Counted from the first letter of the stretch, positions 50,117 through 59,742 are shown. The stretch: 64,000 nucleotides of DNA from Candidatus Obscuribacteraceae bacterium (GCA_044226015.1 JBGAHS010000002.1:160001-224000), one strand, 5' to 3'. Program-made: numbers and translations. The notes: generated from the sequence alone by a model not told the origin.

Positions 50117-50353
50117 TTGCAAGACGTGTTCAAACCGGAAAATCTCAAAATAATCGCCGGTGCTACAATCGTCATCACCGCCTTTGGCATTATGTTACAG
50201 GGTGTCCTCGGGTACGTTTTCAGTCTCGCCCGACTAGGACTAATAATAGTAATCGCTGTCCTGGTTTCAAGCGCACTGGCTTTTGCTTACCAATTCTTGG
50301 TAAAAAAGAGAGATAGGGCTTTAAGCAATACAAATCCGGAAGAGAACACCTAG
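50117..50353 (+). CDS. Small membrane protein (start uncertain)
   Basis: Two hydrophobic segments; fills the gap within the operon. Confidence 0.55.
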   Translation: MQDVFKPENLKIIAGATIVITAFGIMLQGVLGYVFSLARLGLIIVIAVLVSSALAFAYQFLVKKRDRALSNTNPEENT

Positions 50354-50362
50354 AGGTAAATC

Positions 50363-51355
50363 ATGAACAAGCAGAAGCGTATTCTCACTCTTTCGGTCAT
50401 CGCACTTACTAGCACTACTCTTTCTCTGCAAGCTGATGCGCAACAGCGCACCAAGCGCAGCGACCCAAACACATACTATCGCGCGCCTCACAGTATGGCG
50501 GGCAAAATGATTATTTTGCCGATTGGAACAACCTTTGAAGGACGCCTTAACAAAACCATCAGCTCTGCTAAGAGTCACATGGGCGACTCTTTTGGAATCG
50601 TGCTTGCTGCACCAGTTCTCTCAAACGGCATCGATGTAATCATTCCGGCTGGCTCTGAGGTCGTCGGAGAAGTTGTAGAAGCAATTTCATCAAATGCACA
50701 GCCCAAGAAGAAGGGTATGCCACCGCCGCGCGGTAAATTGCGCATTCAAATCACTCAGTTGCGCACACCAGACGGAACCAGTTTCCCGCTGGTTGCGAAC
50801 TTAATCGGTGAAGAGGAATCGGAGAAGAACCGCGGACGCCATTCTATGCAAACGAACATGGGCTCTAGCGTCGGCTACGTTGGAACATCTGAAGCATTCG
50901 AAGCCATCGCCCCTGGTGCCAATAGATACGGCAAACAGTATTCAAACGGTCGTGGTCCCGATTACGTCAAGAAACGGGAGTTCCTGGCACACGAAATTTA
51001 CGGTAACGGCGCTGATGACTTTAAGGGAAAAGACGACCGCCGCATTCGTTCACTCGTGTTGAGAAAGATGGATCTGTGGATGGATAATGGTTCGCCTCTT
51101 ACAGTAAAATTGCAGGCGCCACTGCGACTTTCTTTGTCTCCGCACAATGAGGGGCTGCCCGTTGGAGCCGTTGAAGACAATGGCGGAGATGAGCTTCCAG
51201 CACCAAGCAATACCATGTCTAACGACGTTCCACCTATGATGCAAGACACGCCTCCACCGCAAGATGGTGGAAGACGCCGCGCACCAGACCCGATACCACA
51301 ACAAGCGCCACCTCAACGACCTCCAGGTGGTACATCGCCATCTTCGGATTTCTAG
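50363..51355 (+). CDS. Exported protein with TrbI/VirB10-like beta domain and Pro-rich tail
   Basis: LPIGTTFEGRLNKTISS....GD.F...L..P......IPAGS.V.G.V pattern; signal peptide. Confidence 0.7.
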   Translation: MNKQKRILTLSVIALTSTTLSLQADAQQRTKRSDPNTYYRAPHSMAGKMIILPIGTTFEGRLNKTISSAKSHMGDSFGIVLAAPVLSNGIDVIIPAGSEVVGEVVEAISSNAQPKKKGMPPPRGKLRIQITQLRTPDGTSFPLVANLIGEEESEKNRGRHSMQTNMGSSVGYVGTSEAFEAIAPGANRYGKQYSNGRGPDYVKKREFLAHEIYGNGADDFKGKDDRRIRSLVLRKMDLWMDNGSPLTVKLQAPLRLSLSPHNEGLPVGAVEDNGGDELPAPSNTMSNDVPPMMQDTPPPQDGGRRRAPDPIPQQAPPQRPPGGTSPSSDF

Positions 51356-51356
51356 A

Positions 51357-52013
51357 ATGCAATCAGACAACAATCGAAGCGACTTGCCTTTCGTATTAGC
51401 TATAACCGGAGCCAGCGGCTCTATCTACGGCTTGAGGTTGCTTCAGTTCTTGATGGAAATCAATCAACCAGTCGACCTCTTGGTGTCACGTGGTGCAAGA
51501 CAGGTAATGATTGAAGAAATGGGACTCGCCTTTCCTGAAGACTTGAGAGAAGGGCTGCTAAACTACCTGGCTCTGCCCGAAGACTGTCCGGTGAAACTCC
51601 ATCGCCTAGACAATTATGGGTCCTCGGTAGCAAGCGGTTCTTATCGAACCAGAGGCATGGCAATTGTTCCCTGCAGCCTTGGAACTCTCGGGTCCATTGC
51701 TGCTGGTCTAACTGAAAATTTGATACACAGAGCAGCTACAGTAACGCTAAAAGAGCGGCGTCCGCTCTTCCTCCTCATTCGAGAAATGCCTTTTGGGCAA
51801 ATACAGTTAAAGAATATGTTGACTGTTTCTGAGGCAGGTGGAATTGTTGCTGCAGCCTCACCAGGCTTCTATCATAAGCCGCAAAGCATCAGCGACTTGG
51901 TCGACTTTGTGGTTGGCAGAGTGCTTGATCAATTCGCCTTCGACCACAACTTATTCAAACGATGGAAAGAAGACGCTCGACCATTGAGAATTGCGCAAGG
52001 TATGGAGAAATGA
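51357..52013 (+). CDS. ubiX: Flavin prenyltransferase
   Basis: AITGASG..YG, ASGS, PCS.GTL..IA.G...NLI.RAA..LKERR, REMP, PGFYHKP. Confidence 0.95.
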   Translation: MQSDNNRSDLPFVLAITGASGSIYGLRLLQFLMEINQPVDLLVSRGARQVMIEEMGLAFPEDLREGLLNYLALPEDCPVKLHRLDNYGSSVASGSYRTRGMAIVPCSLGTLGSIAAGLTENLIHRAATVTLKERRPLFLLIREMPFGQIQLKNMLTVSEAGGIVAAASPGFYHKPQSISDLVDFVVGRVLDQFAFDHNLFKRWKEDARPLRIAQGMEK

Positions 52014-52579
52014 GTTCAAAGAATAACGGTAAAGCAAGCACTTCTCGTGACACAGAACCTAGCTTCCACTTCGGAAAAATAGTGGGGTTCCACGGTCTGC
52101 AGGGAGAAGTAAAAGTTCGCCCGGTACCAAACAAACCAGAAATTCTTGCAAGCGTAATTCATCTTCGAAGTAAAGCAACTAAGCATGTTCCAGCATTTGA
52201 CCTGGAAATAGACACCTCGCACTTTGATAAGAGAATGTACTATCTCAGTTTTGTCGGATATCCCGACAGAACCTCGGTAGAGATATTGGGCGGAGCCGAA
52301 CTCTACACATGGGAAGACGAGCTTGAAGAGCTTGAGGAAGAAGAATTCTGGGTGAAGGACCTGGTTGGAATGACAGTACTAAAGGAAAGCGGCGAAGAGG
52401 TGGGAAAAGTCGTCGACATCATATATGGTGGCAATGACATATTGGAAATCCGCCGTCCTGGTGATGCCCCAGGAAAGACGATTCTCATTCCTTTTGTGAA
52501 GAGCCTAGTTCCTACGGTGAATTTGAACGAAAAAAACATATTCGTAAAAGACCTTGAGGGGCTTTTCGAATCGCAATAG
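52010..52579 (+). CDS. rimM: Ribosome maturation factor RimM
   Basis: GKIVGFHGLQGEVKV, EFWVKDLVGM.V, GNDILEI, ILIPFV; ATGA overlap with ubiX. Confidence 0.93.
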   Translation: MSSKNNGKASTSRDTEPSFHFGKIVGFHGLQGEVKVRPVPNKPEILASVIHLRSKATKHVPAFDLEIDTSHFDKRMYYLSFVGYPDRTSVEILGGAELYTWEDELEELEEEEFWVKDLVGMTVLKESGEEVGKVVDIIYGGNDILEIRRPGDAPGKTILIPFVKSLVPTVNLNEKNIFVKDLEGLFESQ

Positions 52580-52892
52580 CGGGACAAACTGGGCTCAATT
52601 GGTAGCAACGTACTCGGATAAGCCAAGCCGGGGTGTCTCTCTGCTCGGACGCCAGGACTATACATGACCTTTTTCCAAATCTCCATGACTCAAGACAAAT
52701 TTACAACGAACAGCAAACTAGATATTCTGGTTACATAAGCCAAATGCACTTTGCAGAAAAGCTAAGACAAGCAAATTACAAAGCAACACTTACTAACGCT
52801 ATCTCCAACAAACAACGAAGGGTCAGTCCGCTCAGGACTGCTCTAACACCTATAGCGGATGAATCGATGCATTTGTATTAACCTAAGGCTGT

Positions 52893-53008
52893 GTTCGAAT
52901 GGATGGCTATGTTCGAATCCACGACTGCGCTTGAATCAATGACTGTACCTGAATCCACGACTGTGTTCGAATCCACGACTGCGTTCGAATCGATGACTAT
53001 GCTTGAAA
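52893..53008. repeat. Degenerate 18-bp tandem repeat, about 6.4 copies
   Basis: Unit approximately GTTCGAATCCACGACTGC at 52893, 52911, 52929, 52947, 52965, 52983, with a partial copy at 53001. Confidence 0.85.
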
Positions 53009-53127
53009 CAAGCCTGGCAAAAGAAGATTTTTTTCGGATAAGGCAAACAAGAAGAACACAAAAACAATCTGGAGGTACTAAATCAGCGAACGAATTCCAT
53101 AACCACGTCAGGTACTCAAAATTACTA

Positions 53128-53165
53128 AACCGCCGCCACTAGCTATGGCTGGCGGTTATTCTTTT
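53128..53165. terminator. Hairpin terminator downstream of lnt
   Basis: AACCGCCGCCA...TGGCTGGCGGTT followed by ATTCTTTT. Confidence 0.6.
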
Positions 53166-53239
53166 GCTTTCGTAAAACTCTCAACTCGATGGATAAAAAC
53201 CTCGACCCGAAGCCGGCTGAATGCCGACGAAATTCCAGG

Positions 53240-54856
53240 TCAGAAACTCCATTGCGTAAATATAGTTGGTTCAGATAACAATTCTACTTTTGCTGAAAGA
53301 ACAGCTTCTTCTTCTGCATTTGACTTGGCTTCAACAAAACCTTGAGGGTTCACTACTAGCGACGGACCCGTGTTTGCAGCGTAGACGAAATACCTTCCGT
53401 TCTCAATTGCGCGAAACACCGCACATGCAGTAGTCTGATCTCCTACCATTGATCCATGAAACCAGGCAAGGTCACTTATATTAGCTATTAGTTGCCCGCC
53501 ATTTCTGACACTGCTTGAAACCAACTCAGGAGCAATGGTTTCGAAGCAAATTAGTGGAGCAACTTTTTGCCCAGAAAAGTCCATGACACCAGGTTTGGTG
53601 CCAGGAGCGAAGCCAGCGCCTGCCGGAGTGCTAGTAAGGTTTTGCAAAACCTCCGGCAGGCACTTAACAAAATCGGGAGTGTATTCTCCTACCGGAACCA
53701 GGTAGCGCTTATGGTAAGCGTCCCGAAACAATTCCCCAGAACTGCTTACTCCAAAAGCACCATTAAAAGGTCTGGCTCCATCTGAATCGATGGAGCCCAC
53801 AACCATATCAAGTTGATGACTGCGCGCCTGTTCTTTCAAAAACGAAATCGTATTAGGTGACTCGCGTAAGTAAGTCGGCAGCGCACTCTCTGTCCAGATA
53901 CAAAAACCTGGCACGCATTTTTTTATCATCTTGCCATAATGATCCATCAGTTCATTAAGGCTGTATCGATGATGCGTTTTCTGCATCTCAATATTGATAT
54001 TTCCTTGCAGAATTGAGAGGTTTTTGTCGGGATGGTACTTTGTGCTCTGCATATGCTGGTAGCCGTAAATCATTGAGCCACTAGCAATCAATGCCATCGC
54101 CAGTAGTGCACAGACTGAAGATAGCTTACTCGAATTAGCTAGAGACTTGACGGCAAATTTCTTAGTCCAGGTGGCGACAAAACTTGCAAGCGCAACGTTC
54201 ATTGCGACAAGAATTACACCGACCCCAAAGCCGCCAACAATGCTGGCTATTTGAATAAATGCTAACTGCTTGTATTGTGAATACTCAATCATCGACCACG
54301 GCACACCGAGCAAATCGTGAGCATTCAGCAGTTTTTCAAAAGCAAATTGAAATAGTAAAGGCAATACGAGTAAAGCAGGCACCTTCCACTTGTCCTCAAC
54401 CTTTCGAGGAAGAGCACCACCGCAGAGAGGCAGCAGCCTACTGACTAAAGCAAAGATTCCATACATAAGCCCTTGATGGACACTCGCAAAAATCCAGCAA
54501 AACGCAGCAAGCAAAATGCTCTGCCAATCGCTCAGACTCATCCAATTGAGGGGATGCAAATGTAGATACCAATTTAAATAAACCAGGTTGTAGGAGGTTC
54601 CGAATACCAGCCCTCTAAATGTTGCTTGCTTCCAATTTTCAGCGCCTATAGACAGCAGAAAAAATGGGGCAAGACAAAACCAGGCAAGGTACCACTGATC
54701 GAAACCAGGAGCCGACAACCCAAAGACAGCACCAGCTATTGCAGAAAAGAGAAGGTCAAGACCGGGGCGACCGCTTTTAACGCTACCCTTCTCTTTTACT
54801 TCTGCCTTCTGGTCTTTAGCCAATGCTTTTTTCGATCTTGTTGCTGTTTTCGGCAT
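53240..54856 (-). CDS. lnt: Apolipoprotein N-acyltransferase
   Basis: TM N-terminus, QGNI, WTESA, KRYLVPVGEY, ICFE, RAIENGR..AANTGPS. Confidence 0.95.
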   Translation of the reverse strand: MPKTATRSKKALAKDQKAEVKEKGSVKSGRPGLDLLFSAIAGAVFGLSAPGFDQWYLAWFCLAPFFLLSIGAENWKQATFRGLVFGTSYNLVYLNWYLHLHPLNWMSLSDWQSILLAAFCWIFASVHQGLMYGIFALVSRLLPLCGGALPRKVEDKWKVPALLVLPLLFQFAFEKLLNAHDLLGVPWSMIEYSQYKQLAFIQIASIVGGFGVGVILVAMNVALASFVATWTKKFAVKSLANSSKLSSVCALLAMALIASGSMIYGYQHMQSTKYHPDKNLSILQGNINIEMQKTHHRYSLNELMDHYGKMIKKCVPGFCIWTESALPTYLRESPNTISFLKEQARSHQLDMVVGSIDSDGARPFNGAFGVSSSGELFRDAYHKRYLVPVGEYTPDFVKCLPEVLQNLTSTPAGAGFAPGTKPGVMDFSGQKVAPLICFETIAPELVSSSVRNGGQLIANISDLAWFHGSMVGDQTTACAVFRAIENGRYFVYAANTGPSLVVNPQGFVEAKSNAEEEAVLSAKVELLSEPTIFTQWSF

Positions 54857-54884
54857 TATCGCAGTTCTTTTCCTTATATGGAAA

Positions 54885-54933
54885 TCCGGGCTTGTTGCCA
54901 GCCTGCAGTACAGACTTTAGCAACAAGCCCGGA
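54885..54933 (-). terminator. Strong hairpin between recA and lnt
   Basis: 14-bp perfect inverted repeat TCCGGGCTTGTTGC/GCAACAAGCCCGGA. Confidence 0.7.
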
Positions 54934-54946
54934 AGAGTTTCCTAGA

Positions 54947-56128
54947 TTATTCTGCGCCAGAACCACCGGCAAGCTTACCTTGCATGTTCAGTATTTCAGC
55001 ACGCACTTTGCCTTCAATTTCAGCCATCATCTTTGGATTTGCCTCAAGGAAGTTTCTTGCACCGTCTCTTCCCTGCCCAATTCTTTCGTCCATATAGCTG
55101 AACCATGAACCAGCCTTTTTCACAATTTCCATATCGGTAGCCATATCGAGAATACAGCCGGAAGTGCTGATTCCCTTTCCGTAAATGATGTCGAATTCAG
55201 CTACGCGGAAAGGAGGAGCCATTTTATTTTTGACCACTTTAACCTTTACGCGGTTACCGTATTCCTGTCCATCCTTCTTAAGCGTTTCAATCTTACGGAT
55301 ATCCAGTCTCACTGAAGCATAGAATTTAAGCGCATTTCCACCGGTCGTTGTTTCAGGGTTTCCGAACATCACACCAATCTTCATACGCAATTGGTTGATG
55401 AATATAACTGCAGTGCGAGTTTTGCTCACAATACCAGTCAACTTACGCAAAGCCTGACTCATCAAACGAGCCTGTAAACCAGGAAGTGAATCGCCCATTT
55501 CACCTTCGATTTCAGCCTTGGGCACAAGAGCCGCAACTGAGTCGACGATGACTATATCAACGGCTCCTGAACGAACCAACTGCTCTGTAATTTCGAGAGC
55601 TTGTTCACCGGTGTCAGGCTGCGAGATAAGCAACTCATCAACATTGACGCCGAGTTTTCTAGCATATTCAGGGTCGAGCGCGTGCTCTGCGTCTACAATT
55701 GCTGCAATTCCGCCTCGTTTTTGAACTTCAGCCGCAATGTGCTGAGCCAGAGTTGTTTTACCGGAAGACTCTGGTCCGTAAATTTCGATGATACGACCGC
55801 GTGGTACGCCACCAATTCCGAGAGCTACGTCGAGTGACAAAGCACCAGTTGGAACTGATTCGATCTGTCCGTGCTTCGAATCGCCCAGCTTCATGATTGA
55901 GCCTTCACCGAATTGTTTTTTGATGGCATCCATAGCCAGACCGAGTGCTTTTACTCTCTCTTGAGAGACGATTTTTTGAGGATCTTTCGACTCGCTGTTG
56001 GACTTTTTGTCATTCGTTTTTTCGTGCTTGTCCAAGTTTTTCTCCAGATTCTTCTCTAGATTTTTCTCCGCGTTTTTGTCAGTGAGCGCCTTGTCAGCGC
56101 CAGCTTTCTCCCGAGTAACAAATGCCAT
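54947..56128 (-). CDS. recA: Recombinase A with charged N-terminal extension
   Basis: [45 protein letters not shown] before ATG 56128. Confidence 0.99.
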   Translation of the reverse strand: MAFVTREKAGADKALTDKNAEKNLEKNLEKNLDKHEKTNDKKSNSESKDPQKIVSQERVKALGLAMDAIKKQFGEGSIMKLGDSKHGQIESVPTGALSLDVALGIGGVPRGRIIEIYGPESSGKTTLAQHIAAEVQKRGGIAAIVDAEHALDPEYARKLGVNVDELLISQPDTGEQALEITEQLVRSGAVDIVIVDSVAALVPKAEIEGEMGDSLPGLQARLMSQALRKLTGIVSKTRTAVIFINQLRMKIGVMFGNPETTTGGNALKFYASVRLDIRKIETLKKDGQEYGNRVKVKVVKNKMAPPFRVAEFDIIYGKGISTSGCILDMATDMEIVKKAGSWFSYMDERIGQGRDGARNFLEANPKMMAEIEGKVRAEILNMQGKLAGGSGAE

Positions 56129-56664
56129 GTGTAATCTCCTGTGTGTGTGAACTGTAGCTGACTTCAATGAGCCTGCGTCAAAATCAATAAAGGCGAATCC
56201 TGTATATGCTGCAGATAGCTATTCAGCTTCTCGCGGATCTTTGCAAATTATAGCTGTAGAGCACTTCTTCGCGAATTAAAAAGCTCGTGAAATGCATCGC
56301 ATTTTTCAAACCAATCGCTGAACGATATACATTGCACATCCAAAAAGCGGCTTAAAATGCGGCTCTCAAACGATGGGCAAAATCAGGCATATGCAACTCT
56401 GCCTCACATCGATGGTGCCAAAACCGATTTGTATTACGCGTACTTACAGGCGGCAAGCGCATCTACAACTTATATACTTCGAATCTTTTTTTTGTCTTCC
56501 AAGTCCTATGCAAAGTTATTCAAATTCCATTTGTTCAAATTCCTATCAATAGATCCCTCCTCCTTTCAAACCAATGACGTTCACGCTGATTCCCTCGCAG
56601 TTTCCCCAAAAGAGAATTCATACGATCGAAGAAACAAACTTACTTTGATGCAGATTTTTGCTTT

Positions 56665-56702
56665 TCCGTACTTTTACGGAGGGCATCCGTCATATTACGG
56701 AT
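56665..56702. promoter_or_regulatory. Two tandem palindromes TCCGT-N6-ACGGA in the recA/crp divergent region
   Basis: TCCGTACTTTTACGGA (56665-56680) and TCCGTCATATTACGGA (56686-56701), 21 bp apart. Confidence 0.5.
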
Positions 56703-56912
56703 ATCTGCAAACGAAGGTCCAGCAAAGGTTTACAGCCTCCCAAAAGAGTTTCAAACAGGGTTGCCAGGGGAATATGTATGTAGACGATATAGAACTAGTA
56801 TTAGCTCTATCTATTTGTAAGACGGTAAATCGCAGTAAAGAGTTCAATGGCTTACATTAATTGTAAGCTGTCAAGACTTGCCGTGCATAGATTTCGGGAT
56901 TCAGGTACAGTA

Positions 56913-57782
56913 ATGGTAGCTCAACGCAACAAGTCCGCCGGAATTCAAAGAAGTGAGATTTTCGAATCTCTGAGCGCAGGAGAAATGTCACGTCTCCTGA
57001 GTGTTCTTGAGACTCAAGATCTACCCAGACACCACCAGATATTCGGTCCGGGCAGCCCGAACCAGAGCATCTACTTTATAGAGAAGGGTTGTGTAAGGGT
57101 AACTCGCCCTTCGCCCGATGGAAAATCCTTCGTCATTCTCTCCTTGCTTGGCCCTGGGGACCTTCTAGGAGAGATAGCCTGGTCTGAAGAGACTTATGAT
57201 TGCACGGCAGAAACACTTGAAGAATGCCGAATATATCAACTCTCACGCAGAGATTTTGACGGGTTGATAAAAGAGAACCCGGCCTTCGCTCTGCGCTTGA
57301 TTCACATTCTCTCTACCCGCTTAAAACAGGCACAGGGAAGAATTGAGGACCTCGTCTTTAGACAAGTGCCGAGTCGAGTAGCGAAACTCTTTATGAATCT
57401 GGCAGACAACCACGGAAAGATGACTCCGTACGGTATTGTGCTCGACCTGCCTCTTACCCACCAGGAAATCGCAGACATTGTCGGTTCATCACGAGTCACT
57501 GTGACTCAGGTCTTGAACAGATTCCGTACAATGAAATGGGTGGCAATAAAGAGCAAGCGCGTGACAATTCATGATGTCGATGCTCTTGTCGATTTAATCG
57601 CCAGCGATGCGAACCCCCGCAAACGAGGACGCGAAGCTTTCTCAGCAGAAACCAGCGTTTTCGGCAGCAATGATTTTCCTGCTAGCGATTTCGGCGAAGC
57701 AAGCGAATTCGATAATGGCAGTAATTTCGACAACACTTTTGCTGACAGAGAAGTCGATAACGAGTGCAAGATGCAAAGCTGA
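56913..57782 (+). CDS. Crp/Fnr family transcriptional regulator (NtcA-like recognition helix)
   Basis: cNMP-binding fold (GPGDLLGE), RVAKL, HTH LTHQEIADIVGSSRVTVT; start could instead be 56847. Confidence 0.92.
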   Translation: MVAQRNKSAGIQRSEIFESLSAGEMSRLLSVLETQDLPRHHQIFGPGSPNQSIYFIEKGCVRVTRPSPDGKSFVILSLLGPGDLLGEIAWSEETYDCTAETLEECRIYQLSRRDFDGLIKENPAFALRLIHILSTRLKQAQGRIEDLVFRQVPSRVAKLFMNLADNHGKMTPYGIVLDLPLTHQEIADIVGSSRVTVTQVLNRFRTMKWVAIKSKRVTIHDVDALVDLIASDANPRKRGREAFSAETSVFGSNDFPASDFGEASEFDNGSNFDNTFADREVDNECKMQS

Positions 57783-57789
57783 AGGCTGT

Positions 57790-57818
57790 TTGATCCAAAC
57801 TCCCACGCAGTCTATAAT
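57790..57818 (+). promoter_or_regulatory. Sigma70 promoter of the tRNA gene
   Basis: TTGATC-N17-TATAAT, 11 nt before the tRNA. Confidence 0.7.
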
Positions 57819-57829
57819 AGTGCCCAGCT

Positions 57830-57903
<74 letters not shown>

Positions 57904-57939
57904 TTTTTATGTGCACCGAATACGGTGCCCCACAATTTC

Positions 57940-58263
57940 TTACTTCTTGCCTCTGCCGGTCTCATTGTTCATGATTCGCTGATTTCGGCGCATCTGACGG
58001 TTGAGCTTTATCTGGTCTCTGCGAGTGAGCTTGCCATTGTGGCGACTTTTCATCGCAAATTCCTCTTGATTGAGCTTGTAGTCCCTATTGTCGGCTCTGG
58101 CAGACTCTGCTGCAGTCAATTTTTTCTCGGCTCGACGGTTTCCAGATTTAGCCTGCTGCCGCGCGATGCGCCCTTCGAAGTTTTCCGCATCCGCCGATAT
58201 CGCAAGAAAGCCAGTCGCCAGTGCAATAGCGCCAATTATGGTGATTGAACGAAATTTCGACAT
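57940..58263 (-). CDS. Small secreted basic helical protein
   Basis: Signal peptide ending ADA; G-rich RBS; GKLT..D...LN repeat-like motif. Confidence 0.75.
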   Translation of the reverse strand: MSKFRSITIIGAIALATGFLAISADAENFEGRIARQQAKSGNRRAEKKLTAAESARADNRDYKLNQEEFAMKSRHNGKLTRRDQIKLNRQMRRNQRIMNNETGRGKK

Positions 58264-58431
58264 TTCCCCCCCAAAACGAAGCCATCAGTAAGCTAATTCC
58301 CAAGATTCCGTACAGTTCATCATCCAGCCTGAGACCATTTCATACGTATTTCTCCACTTAAATGCCATTAACGCTGTGCGCACGGGGGTCGCAGCTGCCG
58401 TAGTATTGTCCAATCAACACGGAGAAATATT

Positions 58432-59154
58432 ATGAATCTCAGCCGCGCCCTTGTTTCCGAATTCATCGGTAGCGCATTTTTACTGGCAGCGGTAGTTGGC
58501 TCAGGGGCCTTAGCTCACAAACTCGACATGGGCAATATAGCGCTTTCGGTTCTTTGTGTTTCATTTGCGACCATGGGCACCTTAACAGCACTCATTTATG
58601 CGCTGGGAACATGCTCTGCGCATTTCAATCCTGTAGTGACGCTGGCTCTTGCCGCGAGAAAAGAATTTAGCTGGAGGAACGTTCCTGCCTACATTCTGGC
58701 GCAGGTCGCAGGCGCCTGTACTGGCGTCATCATAACTAATCTGATGTTTGATCTACCTGCGGTTTGCATTTCTGACACTGTGCGAGGTGGGACGGGACAA
58801 TTGATTGGTGAAGTGGTAGCAACTTTTGGACTCCTGGGAATAATATTTGGCACGGCGAAGAACCCAGCAAATCCTGGTCCAATTGCAATTCCGCTCTACG
58901 TAGCCGGCGCAATTTTCTTCACTTCATCGACTTGTTTTGCCAACCCAGCTGTCACCATAGCCAGAACGCTAACGACCACTCTTTGTGGTATCGGCCCTGC
59001 TAGCGTGATTCCATTCATTGGCGCTCAAATTGTCGGAGCGTCCGCTGCATTGGCAGTGTTCGGATGGCTCTTCCAGACGAATTCAACATCCATAGAAAAG
59101 CTGGAAGAGGTCTACCGAGAAAGCCCAGATCTGGATTCTCTCAAGACAAGCTGA
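58432..59154 (+). CDS. MIP/aquaporin family channel (AqpS-like)
   Basis: EFIGSAFLL..VVGSG, SAHFNPVVT, TSSTCFANPAVT. Confidence 0.92.
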   Translation: MNLSRALVSEFIGSAFLLAAVVGSGALAHKLDMGNIALSVLCVSFATMGTLTALIYALGTCSAHFNPVVTLALAARKEFSWRNVPAYILAQVAGACTGVIITNLMFDLPAVCISDTVRGGTGQLIGEVVATFGLLGIIFGTAKNPANPGPIAIPLYVAGAIFFTSSTCFANPAVTIARTLTTTLCGIGPASVIPFIGAQIVGASAALAVFGWLFQTNSTSIEKLEEVYRESPDLDSLKTS

Positions 59155-59388
59155 CGAAAGGCGCACCGCTGCGCGATTCTACGAGGGACGCACAAACAAA
59201 AGCTGCGCATTCCGGGTTTCGCATTCCGGGACATTCATATTAGAAGCGCTTAGCAGGATTCACTTACTAAGTTGCGTTTACCGTGTTGCGCCTGAACGAG
59301 CACAAAGGACTTGCTGCAACTTGCGCACACAATTGTGTGATTCTCTAAACATCAACGCTAAGGCAACTACCAGCTACACGGACTGCAG

Positions 59389-59742
59389 TTATGGCAAACC
59401 CAGAAAACGCTGCAATGCATTTGCCGCGCCACTAATCTTGGTGGCATATGGAATTTCAACTACGATAGTGTTACCGGAAATAGATTTGATGTGACCGATA
59501 GCAACTTCTCCCCAGCGTTCTGAGCAGGCCGCCATGCCCTCGCCCAACTGGCACAGTTTCACGGAATCGTCTTTATCGTTTTTTCGACTAATGTTTTTGC
59601 ACTGAATTTCGAGCGTTGTAATTCCATCTTTAACAGAACGAGAAGCGAAATTGCCTTCTGCAATTTCTGTCCATACCTGATTGGTCTGATTAGTCCCCAG
59701 CCCCCATTCCATGACTTTCACTGGCTGATTGAACCTGATCAT
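59389..59742 (-). CDS. Hypothetical protein
   Basis: AAGGAG RBS before ATG 59742; 117 aa. Confidence 0.7.
   Translation of the reverse strand: MIRFNQPVKVMEWGLGTNQTNQVWTEIAEGNFASRSVKDGITTLEIQCKNISRKNDKDDSVKLCQLGEGMAACSERWGEVAIGHIKSISGNTIVVEIPYATKISGAANALQRFLGLP

Noticed and set aside
52893..53008. Possible CRISPR array
   Set aside because: Units are contiguous 18-mers with no unique spacers, and no cas genes are present
56129..56350. LexA/SOS box upstream of recA
   Set aside because: The nearest candidate (GAACGATATAC) fits neither GAAC-N4-GTTC nor the cyanobacterial GTAC-N4-GTWC spacing
56357..56860. 167-aa ORF between recA and the Crp gene
   Set aside because: No recognisable motifs or RBS and it spans an AT-rich regulatory region; likely spurious, though not excluded
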